Assembly (NCBI GenBank): GCA_045628585.1
Contig: JAZQPN010000256.1
Span: forward strand, 1 to 49,664
Source of the DNA: Bacteroidales bacterium
GTDB lineage: Bacteria > Bacteroidota > Bacteroidia > Bacteroidales > F082
Reading direction: 5' to 3'
Length of the DNA: 49,664 nucleotides
This document shows positions 8,610 to 21,900 of the stretch, piece after piece. How positions within the stretch are numbered: position 1 is the first letter of the stretch; each line of letters opens with the position of its first letter. Made by a program: the position numbers and the translations under genes. The notes beneath the pieces are model-generated. The model made no database searches. It worked only from the letters and a program-made list of their open reading frames with translations, and had not been told where the DNA came from.

Positions 8610-9929
8610 TTAATTATTTTCTGTAACATTCTTTAAAGTTGGATATATCAGCCACTTTTGGACATCAATATTGAATCCTATGACACGAGCTTCAATTTTT
8701 GCATAAACCTTAATGACATTTTCCCAATCAGGCTTAATATAAGGCGATTTTGGCAAACAATTCAGCGACAATTGGGCATCGGTCTGAATGAATCCGCCTG
8801 CACTTAAAATATCCCTATTGATCACAGCAACAATGACACCAAAATCAAATGACAAATAAAATGGCAATGAAAAAGAATTGGAAAAACAACTTTCCTTTCC
8901 AATATCAAAAAACAAAACCGGGAACTTCGCTCCTAACTTAGCTTCACCAGAAACCATAAGGCCTCCGACGCCAGGAATGGAGAGATAAGGCACTGGAACA
9001 TCAACCGTAACTCCAAAAATGACAATGTCAGCAGACACCTGGGTATGAAGACGTGTTGAAAGACAGTCGTTGCAACACTCACCGTATAGATTAAAGTCTA
9101 AATCAACATTTACCAAATCAGGGTCAATCGGTCGGACAAGTGGCGAGCATTGTTTAACACGTGCCAAAACATCAGTGTATGAGCCCATCAAATCACCCCA
9201 ACGCTTAATCTCGCGTATAGTTTGTGCTGCTTTCTTCAATTCTTTTATTCCTTGGACACAATTCTTTTTTGTATCCGAATTAAACTGTAGACTCAAAGAC
9301 ATTATGTCGATGTTCTCATTAACCACCCAAATTTTGGTCAAATAATCATCACTATTATATACCTTACCATCTTTTTCAATATGGTATGTCACAGTTTCCA
9401 TATCAATACCATTTCGGGAATTTGGAACGGTATGCTGGTCAAGGACAATGTAAGGCTCGTATCCATCGGGCAAGGTCTGGAACACAAAATCACTTTCCGA
9501 AAGCGGATCGCCTGGATGCCAACATTCGCTATTGACTCGGAGTACATTGATAATCGGTTGCTCCAAAACGTGAATGACATAATTGTAACGGACTGTCGAA
9601 TATTTCGACACATTAACGAAGCTAAACAGATAATCACCCGGAGAATAGAATCGGACACTAAGTGTCTGACTATGCACTGTATTATGATCCAAAACAATTT
9701 CAACGTCGCCTAAATACTCCCAACGCATCTGAGAATCCGTGACATGTTGGAAGGAATAGATGTCCTTCTTCATGCAATCGGTTCCACTATATTGGTCGTT
9801 AACCTCAAAAACATAATAGCGGTCCCATTCATAGGTGGTGGTGGCGTTCTGAGTCCATCCCCATTTAAAAGCAAGCAGAGCCAAAGTCATCAGGATGCAT
9901 CTAAAAAATCTGTTCAAAGTATTAGTCAT
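8610..9929 (-). CDS. Orphan secreted protein, 439 aa, no family recognised
   Basis: Intact ORF starting 15 nt after the giant gene stop and ending 8 nt before the next gene. It has an N-terminal hydrophobic signal-like segment (FFRCILMTLALLAFKWGW). The C-terminal half is rich in alternating hydrophobic, beta-like stretches. I recognise no motif. Confidence 0.75.
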   Translation of the reverse strand: MTNTLNRFFRCILMTLALLAFKWGWTQNATTTYEWDRYYVFEVNDQYSGTDCMKKDIYSFQHVTDSQMRWEYLGDVEIVLDHNTVHSQTLSVRFYSPGDYLFSFVNVSKYSTVRYNYVIHVLEQPIINVLRVNSECWHPGDPLSESDFVFQTLPDGYEPYIVLDQHTVPNSRNGIDMETVTYHIEKDGKVYNSDDYLTKIWVVNENIDIMSLSLQFNSDTKKNCVQGIKELKKAAQTIREIKRWGDLMGSYTDVLARVKQCSPLVRPIDPDLVNVDLDFNLYGECCNDCLSTRLHTQVSADIVIFGVTVDVPVPYLSIPGVGGLMVSGEAKLGAKFPVLFFDIGKESCFSNSFSLPFYLSFDFGVIVAVINRDILSAGGFIQTDAQLSLNCLPKSPYIKPDWENVIKVYAKIEARVIGFNIDVQKWLIYPTLKNVTENN

Positions 9930-9944
9930 CTTCTTTCCCTTTCA

Positions 9945-12900
9945 TTAAAACTGCAAAACATTTTTCAAGAATTTATATGCTTCAATTTCGTCGTTCACGT
10001 CGATGCAGAAGAGCATTTCGGCATTGGTGAAGCAGTAAATCGTGATAGTATGACGCACGCCTGGCCGCAAGATGCCGTCGGGTTCGTCTTCGAACTGGTC
10101 GGTCGGAATCTCAAGCACGGTGCGGTGAATGTTGAGTTCGCCACGGCGCAAGCCAATCCACGATTCGCCCAAGCTGCGCAGCTGAATCTTAGGTGCCACT
10201 ATGTCGTTGGTGCCCAAGTTTCCGTATTCGAGCGTCAGGCAGCAGTAACGGTTGGCACGCAAGCCTTCAGGAATGATGAGGTTGGTGGCCAGCAGTTCAG
10301 GCTCACCCTCAACCACCGTGAAACAGTCGTTCAGATAAGTGTATCCGGCGCAATAGTTATAGGCTTCGAGCGAATAGACACCTAACTCGGCGCCCTTCAG
10401 GTTGAAGGTAGCGAACACCTGATTGAAGTTGACATAACGCAAGGTGTCGGCATAAATCGAGATGGTGTCTGTGCCATTTGACTTGAACAGACGTACCGGC
10501 ATGTCATGGCGGAACTTGGAGCCGATGATCTTCACCGTCACATTGCCCGTGTTGCCGCCCTTGTTGGGCGAGATGCTGCGGATTTCGAATGGCAGAATCT
10601 GAGCCTCAACCGTCACTTCCTGGGTCTCGTTCACTGGGCTGAAGCCGTAGAAGCTCACGCCGTAGTAGCCGGCCTCGGTACGTGGAATGAAGAGTTCGGA
10701 ATTGCCTGACATCTGGCCATCGGTTGAGAAGTCGTAGTTGAGGTTGTCGCCAATGTCGTTGTGCAATACATAAATGTTGTTCACGGCACCCATGAGCGAG
10801 TCAGGCGTGACGATGTAAACGCGGGCTGTCTCGCTGATGGCTCCAAGCACCTCGAGCTTAAAGTCCTTATATTCGAGTTTCTTCAACTCGAAGGTCTCAG
10901 GATGGTCGAAATAAAGCACCGGCAATTCCACCTTGAACGGCGACGACGAGCAGCCGATATTGTTGTCCTCGTCCGCTTCATAGAAGGTGTTGCGGGCATC
11001 GGTGATGACGATAATGTAGTAATTGCCTTCATGCAGGCCAGCGATATTGGCCGTGAGGCTATGCGTCTCCGAGGTGACAATAGGCAGGTTCATGTCGTAT
11101 GACACCGAGCCAAGGAGCTTGTCGTTGACATCGAACTGAGTATCAGTCGACAGATAAACCACATCGCTGCAACCGACACCGGTAGCCGTGTTCGGGCCAT
11201 TGTTCTTCACTGTCCAAGTGATGGTGATGTCGTCACCCGACATGATGGTTGTCGGATGTTCGATGCTTTCCACGACCAAATCGACAGGAGGATTCAATGT
11301 CAACACGACAGGAATCATGGTCAGGTTGTTCTCGTAATCCATCTCAAACATTGCCTTTGACTGGTTGGCATAGATGTAGACGGCATAGTTGCCAGACTGC
11401 GGCACCGGCACGACGAATGAAGCCGTGTCGATGTAATAATCGCCTGGTGACAAGGTGTCGGAACGGGTTACATTCGATGCCACGGTACCATTATTAAAGG
11501 TGTTCTTTGAGAATCTGACCTGATCGTTCCAGGTGCCGCAAGTAGGTCCGTCTCCGATGTTGGTCACGCGGTACGAGACGAGAATCGGTTGTCCACAGGC
11601 GGGGAATTCGGTCAGGACCGTCACATCGCTCACCTCTAAGTTCGGGACAGGAATGCTCGAAATGTTGACTTGCAATGCACCCACGTTGTTTTCACTGTTT
11701 TCGTCAGGGTTGGCACTATTCACATCAGTAACGGCCAAGATATAGTAGGCACCCAGTTTGCCATAAGGAATGACAACTTGCACGTTCTCTGTATAACTGC
11801 CGTTACCAGGCAGGACATCATTCTGGATGATCTCGCCAAGCATGATGTCATCGACATCCCACGACGCATCGGTGGAGAGGAATATCTTGTCAGTCCAATG
11901 GCTAATCGTAGAGCGAGTTCCCAAATTGCTGACCGTATAGGATACATTGACACGTTCGTTCCATTCCACTTCATCGTTGCCATTGATATCGGTAACGGCG
12001 AGGTCAAGGCTGTAGGCTGTCAACGGGACAGATGCACTCTGGTAAGTGTTGTTGTATTCACCCACATACTCGAAGATAGCATCGGTTGCATCGGCGATGA
12101 TATAGATATAATAGTTGTCAGCTGGAAGGTTAGCTGGAAGAGTGAACGTTTGGGTAACGGAATAACTGCCACCGATGGCCAACGGCCCGTTCTTAGTAAT
12201 CGAACCAAGCAAGGTGGAAGTCTCCGTATTGAACTGCGGATTGTTGGAGATGTAAACAGCATCCGTCCAGCTTTCCGAAGCCAAAACGTCACGGATTCCC
12301 TGGTTGCCCATTTCGTATGAGACATGAATAGTGCCGCCTGCAACAGCTTCGCTTGACGTAGAAGCGTCGAGGAAATAGAGGTCAGGATAAGGCGACAAGG
12401 TTACGGTCAGCATATCCGAAACGATGTAGTCTGTATTTACATTATCGCCTTCGCAAATGGTCTCACCATCGTTGACATTGACATAGATGTAATACAAGCC
12501 TTCGGCATCAACCGGCAAGGTTGCATATTGCGTAATCTGGATGGTGTCGTTAATGTCAAGGTCGAATGGGAAGGTTTCGAGTTTCAGCCGTTCAGCCGTG
12601 ATAAAGTTCAGCTCAGGCGAAAGGCCAAGATAGAGGCCGAGATCAATCTCGCCATAATACTTCGCACTACCATTGTTTGTCACCTTGTAGGTAACGGCAA
12701 ATGTTTCGCCGGAATTAAGCTGCGCCGGAGCTTCTATGTCGAAGGCCAAGAAGTCAGGATTGCTCAGCAAAATTGTGGAAGAAAGGTTGTTGTTGGTGGC
12801 ATCCTTGTCGTTGTAAGGTGTAACTGTCACCTTGATGGTGTTTTCCTCATAGAAATTGCAAGGAATGCTGATTGGCACCGTACCGGACAAAGTGTCGCCC

Positions 12901-15900
12901 ACAGGGAGATTGACATGGGTCAAGACCGTGTCGCCGACTTGGGCATTGTTGAAATTAGCTGTCACCATGAAACGTCTGCAATCAATGAAGTCGCCACTAC
13001 CGACATTCACTGCCTTATAGTTAATATGCGAACGGTCTTCAGAAATTTCGACACTCAGCATCTTCAAGTCTGGTTGCACCACATATACGGAATCCTTGGC
13101 CACGTTATTGTCGTTGCATCCATATTCAAAGATGGCGTCTTCAGAGTCGGTTTTGGCATAGAAATAATACCAACCTTCGACAGCATTTTCTGGGACATAA
13201 GCGAAGCCCTGTCTGTGATAATTGCCAATGTATTTCTTCAATTGCCGAGTAAGGTAGTTTTGCTTTTCGCGTTCAGCCTGCGCAACCGCATTCTGATACC
13301 TAATGCTGTCGTTATGTGAAGCATGTTCGCTCAGCGTGTCAGGAATGGCATAATGACATTCAGCCCATTGACGCACCAATGTGTCGATGGCAATCAGCAT
13401 GTCGGGCAGATAAAGTATGGTGTCATTCGTAAATGAAGTGATCAAAGTACTGTGCGCCACATTGAACGTATCGATTTGCGAGAAATACAGCTTGTCATTC
13501 CATGCCTTGCCACGGAACGGCGGGATGGTGCCGCAGGTATCAACGGTACCTGTCGATCCAGGCAAGACCTTGCAAGGCTCGAGACCGACATTGGTGACTC
13601 TGAAGTAAACCGGATAAACAGCATTCGGCGCCAGGGTATCAGCGACAGGATGCGAGCCTACCACAAGCGAATCAATAATCAAGTCAGGTGTCGGAGGCGG
13701 AACGATATGACAGCTGTGTTCCGAAACCAACGACATGTTGTTGTACTCGAACAGCGATTCATAGACCTGATTCCTTGAATCGGTCCTGACAAAGAAATTA
13801 TAATCGCCGAATTTGCGTTCATCGGTGATGAAGCGTGCCACTCTCGTAATGGTATCATTGATTCCCATGGCGATGGTATCGGCAAACGTGCCAATCTGGA
13901 TGGCATTGGTATTGAAGACTGAATCCATCGTCATATAGACGACATCGGTAACAAGAGTCGGTTCAAACGCAGCTCCGCCTTGGTTGATGAGATTCCACGA
14001 AATGGTAATCGAGTCGCCGGCCTGATGATCGTAAGGCGAAATCACGTTTCTTGCCACCAAATCAGGAATTGGCGGAATGGCCACGTCAATGTACTGGTAG
14101 AAGAAGTTGTCGCAACCATGTATTTCCTCAAACGACTCTGGCGAGCATGAGCCTTCCATGTAGCCTTCAGGATCGCCGGGGTCGTGAGGAATGTACGGCG
14201 GATTGTATGGGTTCGGGAACACGCCGCCATACGGAGTGAAGTCGAGCGACATGCCGCTGTAAGGCTTCCAGTTGGAAAGCACAAAGAGGAACACGCTGCC
14301 ATACATGTCGTCAGGCACCGTTATGTTGACGCTGTTGGTGTATTGCTCGCCTGGATTCAAGGCCATCAAGTTAGGAACACTAGCCATAAGGAATGACTCT
14401 GCCGGCGTGTCGGTGAAGCTGACACGTTCCCAGTTGACAGGATACGACAGCACGATGTAATCGTTCCACTCCTCGCCTACCGGCGTCGGGCCAACGCCAT
14501 CGTTCTTCACGGTCCATTCAACAGTCATCACCTGTCCCGTCTGGGCGAATGAATGGTCCATACTGGTGACATGCAAGTCAGGCAAAGCCGTGTTGAAATA
14601 CATGGTGTCGCTTTCGATGGTAGCACATTGCTTGTGAGCAACAACCTTCCAAGCATAGTAAGCCGTTTCATACGGGTCTACTTGACGCAGATAGACAGGA
14701 GGTTCAGGATCGCAACCCCAGCCTGGGCAATGGTCGTAAACGCCATAGCCTTGGTAATTGGACTGATACAAATCGACAGTCGTATAGTTGCGTGTCAGAC
14801 CGTACGCCACAGGGAAGTCAGGTATTGGCAAGCCGTTGCCATGGTCGGTACGCCACAAGTACAGGTCGTATGATTCGGCGCCGTCAATGTAATCCCAGCT
14901 GAAATAGATGTGGCTGTTCGATTCAAGGGTCTGGTCTTGCAATGGCACCAGTCCTTCTTCAACGAGATAATTGGTCCATACGATGGAGTCAGGGTCGCAC
15001 AGCGTGTTGAAATACTTCGGCACGCAATACGAACTCATTTCATCGCCGCCACACATCGAGCGCACCTTGACGAAATATCCCAGATTCGGATGCAGGTTCT
15101 GCAACTGGATGTAGTTGGTGTCGACTGCAACAGTCTGGACATCGCTGCCATTGGAACGTGCGTAATAAACCAGCCACTGGGTTTCGTCGCCGCCTGGTGT
15201 CCAAGTGACGTCAGCCGTGGTGTAGGTCAGCAGTTCTTCAGGAACCTGAAGGTTGGTCGGCACCTTGCAGTTGATAGGCGTCTGTTCGTATGCGCCCATA
15301 TCGATGAAGCCGCCACGTATACGCTCGTTGCCGTCGAGGTCGTAATCGCCAGGAGCAGCGTAGTCGTTGCTACCTACATCGATGCACATGGAGTTTTCCA
15401 GCAGGCGGAAGTCGCCATCGTCAGGATTGGTGAAGCGGGCGTAATTCAAGGTGGCATCCGTGCCGTCATTAGCCGATTCAATCACGATGTTGCCTGTGCC
15501 CGAAGGCATCACTTCGTCGCGTTCGATGGCGTTGTAGGTCAATGTGCCAGCGTTTGGCGTAGTGCCTCTGATGTTACTCACCAAAGCACCCGTCTTGTTG
15601 CCCCAGATTACATTGTTGGTGACGGTATTATAAAGCGTTCCGCCAAAGGCATCCGAACCGCCAAGATTATAAATGCCGCCGCCGTTTTTCGAATCACCGC
15701 CAGAGGTGATGTCAGCCGTGTTCTTTACGACAGTGCAATTACGCATCTTGTTGACATTATAGGCACCGCCACCCTTCACTGCCGAGTTACTGCTGATTTC
15801 GCAATCGTACAATTCATTGCCGCCCATGATGCCGCCGCCATTTCGGTCAGCGCGGTTGCCCTTTATGAGACAGTGCGAAATGATTGAACCCGATTCCTTA

Positions 15901-18900
15901 ATGGCACCGCCGTCAATCATGGAATAATTGCCGACAAATTCGCTGTGATAGACCTTACAACCCGAAATGTTCAAGGCACCGCCAGAAATGCTAAGACTGC
16001 CTTCATCAACGCAAGTATTGTTGTAGAACTTACAGTTATCGACATAGCATTTCACCAAATTAGCAGCACCACCCGAACGGTTGGAACGGCCATTCTGGAA
16101 GACAAAGCCATCAATATAATCGTAATTGTTGCCATTGCTTTCATCGTGACGCATAATCTGCTGCAAGTTATGGCCATCCAAGAAGGATGTGTTGGTCTCG
16201 AAATCACGGAGGGCAAGGTCGTATGTGGCGGGTTCATCACCGGCGAAACTACCGTAAATGCTCACGCCCTTCGGCAAAATGAAGGCCGGGAACTGAGGCG
16301 TTCCATCACCGTGATAGCTGCCAGCCGCCACCCAGATGACCGGTTTCGGACTCATCAGCGAAGCATGGTCGAGGGCATATTGCAGGTATGGCGTTGCATC
16401 GGCCCACGAAGAACCGTTCATATCGCCAGCACCATTTTGCGTGACATAGATGATATTGTTTGCATCAGGGGTGATTTCAAAGTCTTGGTCGTATGGTGAT
16501 TCGTAAGCACCCATGTCGACCGTATACTGACGCACACGCGGATTATGCGACAAATCGTATTCGCCATTCACGTAAGCGTTATTACCATGACCGATACAGA
16601 CGGAGCCTTCCATTAATGTCCAGTCGCCGCCTTGATAATCACTGCCAGCCGCAATGCTTGGTTCAGCAAACATCGGATAATTCACATCGTCGGAACCTTC
16701 GTTTTCGCCATTCAAAGTGATGTTGCCTATGCCCGACATGCCGCCTTCGATAGCAGAATAGGTCACATCGCTATCAGCGAAGACATTTTCAGCGGTTGTT
16801 CTTGCCGTGAAGAGGTTGCATGGCAAATTGTTGCCAACCTTGTTGCCCCAAACGATGGAGTTCTTCACCGTATAACTGCCAGCCAAACCGCCGCCATTGA
16901 CATCCGAATAGTTGTTGACAATAGTCGAATTGACGAAAGTGCCACTGTAAGCCGCACCGCCGCCGCTGGTATTGCTACGGCAAACTATAGCAGAGTTATT
17001 GGCCAACAAGCAGTTATTGAACGTGATGTTGCCATAAGAGCCGCCGCCGCCATAATAGCAGTCTTCAGCCTTGCAATTGCGGATAATGGAATTTGACACT
17101 GTCACATTGCTGGCCGCCTTGACGATACCGCCACCACCGTTGGAACCGCTCAAAGCATGGCAATTTTCAACAATACAGTTGCGCAAATCGCCCTTCTGCA
17201 TTCTTACGCCACCGCCGTCGTTCTTGTAGACGAAACCGTTCCTGATGGTCAAGCCGTCGTAAATGGCACTGTGAAGTTCCTCAATTTGCTTATACTTGAA
17301 GAAAGTGCTGTGTGCCTGATGCAAGGTGCGCTGAATGTTCTGACCGTCAAGAATGGTCTGATGTGCCACAAGGTCACGTTCATCAAGGTCGTAATCGTAG
17401 GTTTCGTTGCCTGCAAAACCGCCATAAAGGTCAATGCCATTCAAGGCAACGAAAGCATCGACGTAAGGCCATCCGTTGCTGGTGTAGGTGCCGCCTGCAA
17501 TCCAGACTTTCGGATGATTGTCGTCATCGCCTGCAAAATTGATGGCCAATTGCAAATCAGGAATTGCATTTTCCCAAGAGTCGCCCGACATATCGCCGCC
17601 ATGGTTGTTGACATTCACATAGATGATATTGTGGGCATCAGGTTCGGCATGATATCCGTTGACGAAGTTGCTTTCATAGGCACCAATGTCGATGCGGTCG
17701 TTCTTCAGACGTGCATTTGAGAGACTGTCCAAATCGTGGGTCAAAGTGTAGGTCATGCGCTCGCCGTGGTTGGCAAGGATTGAGCCATCGGCAAAATGCC
17801 AATCGCCGCCGCCGTAGTTGGCTCCTACATTTTCGGAAGGCGAAATGAATTGCGGAGCGAAGATGCTTGAACCCGTATTGGCAGCCGTCAAATTGATGTT
17901 ACCGATGCCGGCGCAACCGCCTTGGACGGCGCAATAGCGCATGTAAATCGGCACGTTGGAAGCCGACACTGCCACCTGCTGGGTGTTGAGCAAAGTCTTG
18001 TTGCCCCACAACACGCAGTTGATGAACTCATTGTTACTGCCACTGTTCACGCTATAGACGCCGCCGCCCAGATTATAGGAGAAGTTGTTGACCATAGTGC
18101 AATTCAGCAACTGACTTTGGACTGTGGAATTGTCGATATACATACCACCACCGAAAGAGTTGTCAGTCAAAGCACTGTTGTTGGCAATCAAGCAGTTGTT
18201 GATGGTTGCATTTCTGCCGAAAATACCTGCGCCACGGCGTTGCTGATTAGCGGCAGACGTGTTATCGCAAAGATTGTTATGGATATGGCAATAAGTCAAG
18301 GTTGAAGACGAGCAGTAGGCACCGCCGCCATCGCTGAGTGCGGTGTTGCTATAGATGTCGCATTGCGTGATTTCGGAACGGTTGTCTGCATAAACGCCCG
18401 CGCCCTTGCCGCCCTGGTTATTATAAATCTTGCAGTTCTGGACAGTGACAAAATTCTTGACATACACGCCGCCGCCGTTACCCGTAGAATAGCCATCGCG
18501 AATGACAAAGCCATCAATAACAGCCTTGTTCACTTGGCTGAAAGAAGATTCGTTGCCATAGTTGCCGACGACGCGCTGGCAATGGCTACCCGTCAAAACC
18601 GTACTATCGACACTGAAATCACGGGCATCCAAATTAACATTCATGACTTCGTTTCCATGGAAACCGCCATAGATGTTCACATTAGGTTTCAGTTGGAACG
18701 CTTGCGACGAAGTGCCGTTTCCAGCGTATGTGCCTGCTGCCACCCAAACCTGTCCCGGACCATACTCAGCAACATCATTGCATGCCCTATTGATAGCCGT
18801 CTGGATGTTATCCATGGCATTTTCCCAAGAACGTCCGTCCTTAGTACCAGAGCCCGTAGGAGTCACATAATAGATATGTCTGATATCAAGATGCAGGCTC

Positions 18901-21900
18901 ACCAGACTATCACATTCGGCACCTTCGGGAGTCCACTGATGCGAATAATCGCCCGATTCAGTGAGCAATTGCCCATAGAAATCATACGACTCGCTGACAA
19001 CCACATCACGATGGACATAATTGATGCAGGTTTCTTCGTAAGCGCCCATATCGACCACATCGTCCTTGATACGGTTCTTGAAGGCCAAATCATAACTGCC
19101 AAACACATGGCTGTTATCGCCGAGATTGATGAACGAGGAATTTTCAAGCGGACGATAAGTGTAATTGTCAGGGTCAAGGAAGTTAGGATAATTCACGCTT
19201 GGGTCATCGCCCGTATTTTCCTGAGCGAGATTGATGAGTCCTTCGCCTGAACCTTCGGCCGGGCCGCCGCCTTGGATAGCGCAATAATCGTATGTGTTAA
19301 GACTGCCTTCGGTCTGGAAGGCATAGTTGCGCGACGAGTTGCCCCACAAGACGCAGTTGACAAACCTGTTGTACTGGTGTCCCGAAGTCAAGGTGTCGAA
19401 GGCATACAAGTCGGTCGTGTTGTGGATAATCGAAGTGTTCAAGACCAAAGTCCTATTCGTCCTCAAGGCGCCGTGACGGTCAGACTTGTTGTCGTTGATT
19501 TCGCAGTTGGCGATGGTATCGACTGGAGTTGTGCCGTTGAAATAACCGGAAGGCATGTTGGAATAAATGCCACCGCCTTCTTCGGTTGCGAAGTTCTGGC
19601 TTATCTTACAATTGAAGATGTTTGAAGCCAATCCTCCGTTGGAAGTCTTGTAAATGCCGCCGCCCTTCGTTGCATTGTTGCTGTAGATATTGCAGTTCCT
19701 AAAGGTTCCGCCCGTCTTCATAATGGCAGCGCCGCCATTCATGTAACTGCCGAAATAAGAATCAACTTCCGATTCGGTCAAGGCGATGATGTTGTCGGTG
19801 TAACCCTTGCGGGCATAGCCGTTGCGCATTATGAAACCATCCCAAACCACAGTGTTTTCGGCATTGAAATCGTCAATTTGTTCAAGGATACGCTTCTTGT
19901 TTTGGCCGTCCAGAATGCTGAGGTGATTGTTCAGGTCGCGGTCATCAAGGTTGTAGGATGCAGGTTCGTTACCGGCAAAACCGCCGTAGACATTCACGCC
20001 AGGCATCATGGCATAACCGCTCCAGAAATGAGGATTATCATCAAGATAGGTACCTTCTTTCACCCAGATCTGAGGTTTTGGATTCATGGTCAAGGCAAAA
20101 TTCTGAGCCATCTGGAGATAAGGCGTTGCATTTTCCCATGAGGAGCCATTCATTGTGCCGCTTCCTTCAGGAGAAACATACATGATGTCGTTGGCATCGG
20201 CAGCCATCAAGACCTGGCCTTCAAGATTGGATTCAACGGCACCAATGTCGATTCTGCCCTGACGGACACGCGAATTGCCGTAGATGTCGTATTCAGGAAC
20301 CGTTACGCCTTCTGTAGTGCCTTGGTTGACACATGCTGACAACGTGTCCGGGGTATATCCTGACAAATCCAGACGGAACTTATTGTTCAGCGTAATGTTG
20401 CCTTCGCCAGGATAACCGCCTTCGATGGCGCAATATTTCATGTCGTAGGTCTCGATGCTGATCATCGAAATCAGTTCCTCTTCGCACAACGTGAATTCAC
20501 AATAGTAATTTGAAAGCTGGTTCGACTTGCTGCCAGCCTTGTTGCCTGACAAAATCGTATTGGTCAAATGGAAACTTGAACCATACAAGCCGCCGCCATC
20601 TTTCTGTGCGCAGTTATTCAGGATTGTCGAACATACGATATTGATTGGAGTTGACTCATCGCCAAAGATAGCGCCACCCTTTTGATAATTATGCTTAATG
20701 AAGCCATCCTGTCCCATGGTGTAGTTTTCCACATCAGTAGTCGTATTGCTGACAATGACCGTGCTCATGATGTTGCCTTCACCATGTCCGCCACAAGTCC
20801 TGATCTTATAGGCAATGCCACCGCCATTGTTCGTCAACACGCAGTTGGTCATATCCATGTAGTCGATGGTGTAGGTTTCCTTCCATTCGTTCTGGAATTT
20901 CTTGAAAGCAGGAATCAGCCAGACCGCACGGCCCTTGTTGGCAGTAAAGGTGCAATTGTCGAACTTCGTGTAAGTCACGATTTCAACGCCTCTCCTGTCG
21001 TTGTTTTCAAACGAGCAATTGGTGAATGAAGTGTTCGACGAGTGAACGGCGTAGGTGCCTTGGTTTCTGGTGAACTTGCAGTTTTCAAAGGTGTTGAGGA
21101 TTTTCTTAACGTCGCAGTTGTTGATGTCTTCAGCCTGAATGTAGACAGCTCCTACTCCACTCATCGTGTAGTTTTCGGTGATGTTGCAGTTGCGCACATG
21201 GACATATTGTTTCAGGAACATGGCCGTACCTTGCGACACATTGGCACGCGAGAAACCATTCTTAATGGTGAAACCATCAATGATTGGCGCAGTCTCTTCG
21301 GTGGCATCTTCAACCATATAGATGACGCGCTGGATGTAATCGCCATCCAAAGTTGTGACATGGTTTTCATAATCACGCTGCGTGATGTCGTAATCAGCCA
21401 GTTCGTTGCCGACGAAACCACCATACAGCTGCACATTCGGGAAAATGCGGAACGCATTGACCGATGTGCCGTCGCCGCGATACAGACCTTGCGCTACCCA
21501 AATCTGAGTCAAGTCATCGGTGTTTTGGCCAGAGGCTTCCATGGCCTCATACAAAGTGCCGTAAGCATTTTCCCAAGAGGTACCGTTTTTCAAGCCGCTA
21601 CCCGTTTCGGTGACGTAAATGATGCGCTTGAAATGCAGGTTCAAGACCACCACGCTGTCGCAATCCTTATCTTCGAGCCAAAAGCGATGGATGTACTGAC
21701 CTGATTCCGTGAGCCATTCGCCACAGAAAGGGTAAGCACTGGCCTGCGTAACATCAGAATATTCGTAATAATGCATACACTTGTATTCGTAAGCACCGAT
21801 ATCAACGATGCCGTCAGCCATACGGTCCTGACCCAAATAATCATGTTCTGCCGTAACCACGCTGTTATCACCCGCATTGATGAGACAGGAAGCATCGCAA

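Noticed and set aside
8610-9929. The 439-aa protein as a PorP/SprF-family T9SS outer-membrane partner.
   Set aside because: Only the position is analogous. I see no PorP/SprF-like N-terminal motif, and the C-terminus ends ..NVTENN rather than in an aromatic OMP signature. It is kept as an untested hypothesis.
9948-10190. A T9SS C-terminal sorting domain at the end of the giant protein.
   Set aside because: The last ~80 aa lack the type-A pattern seen in the three neighbouring cargos and lack the type-B FTPNGDG.ND motif. It is reported as a finding instead.
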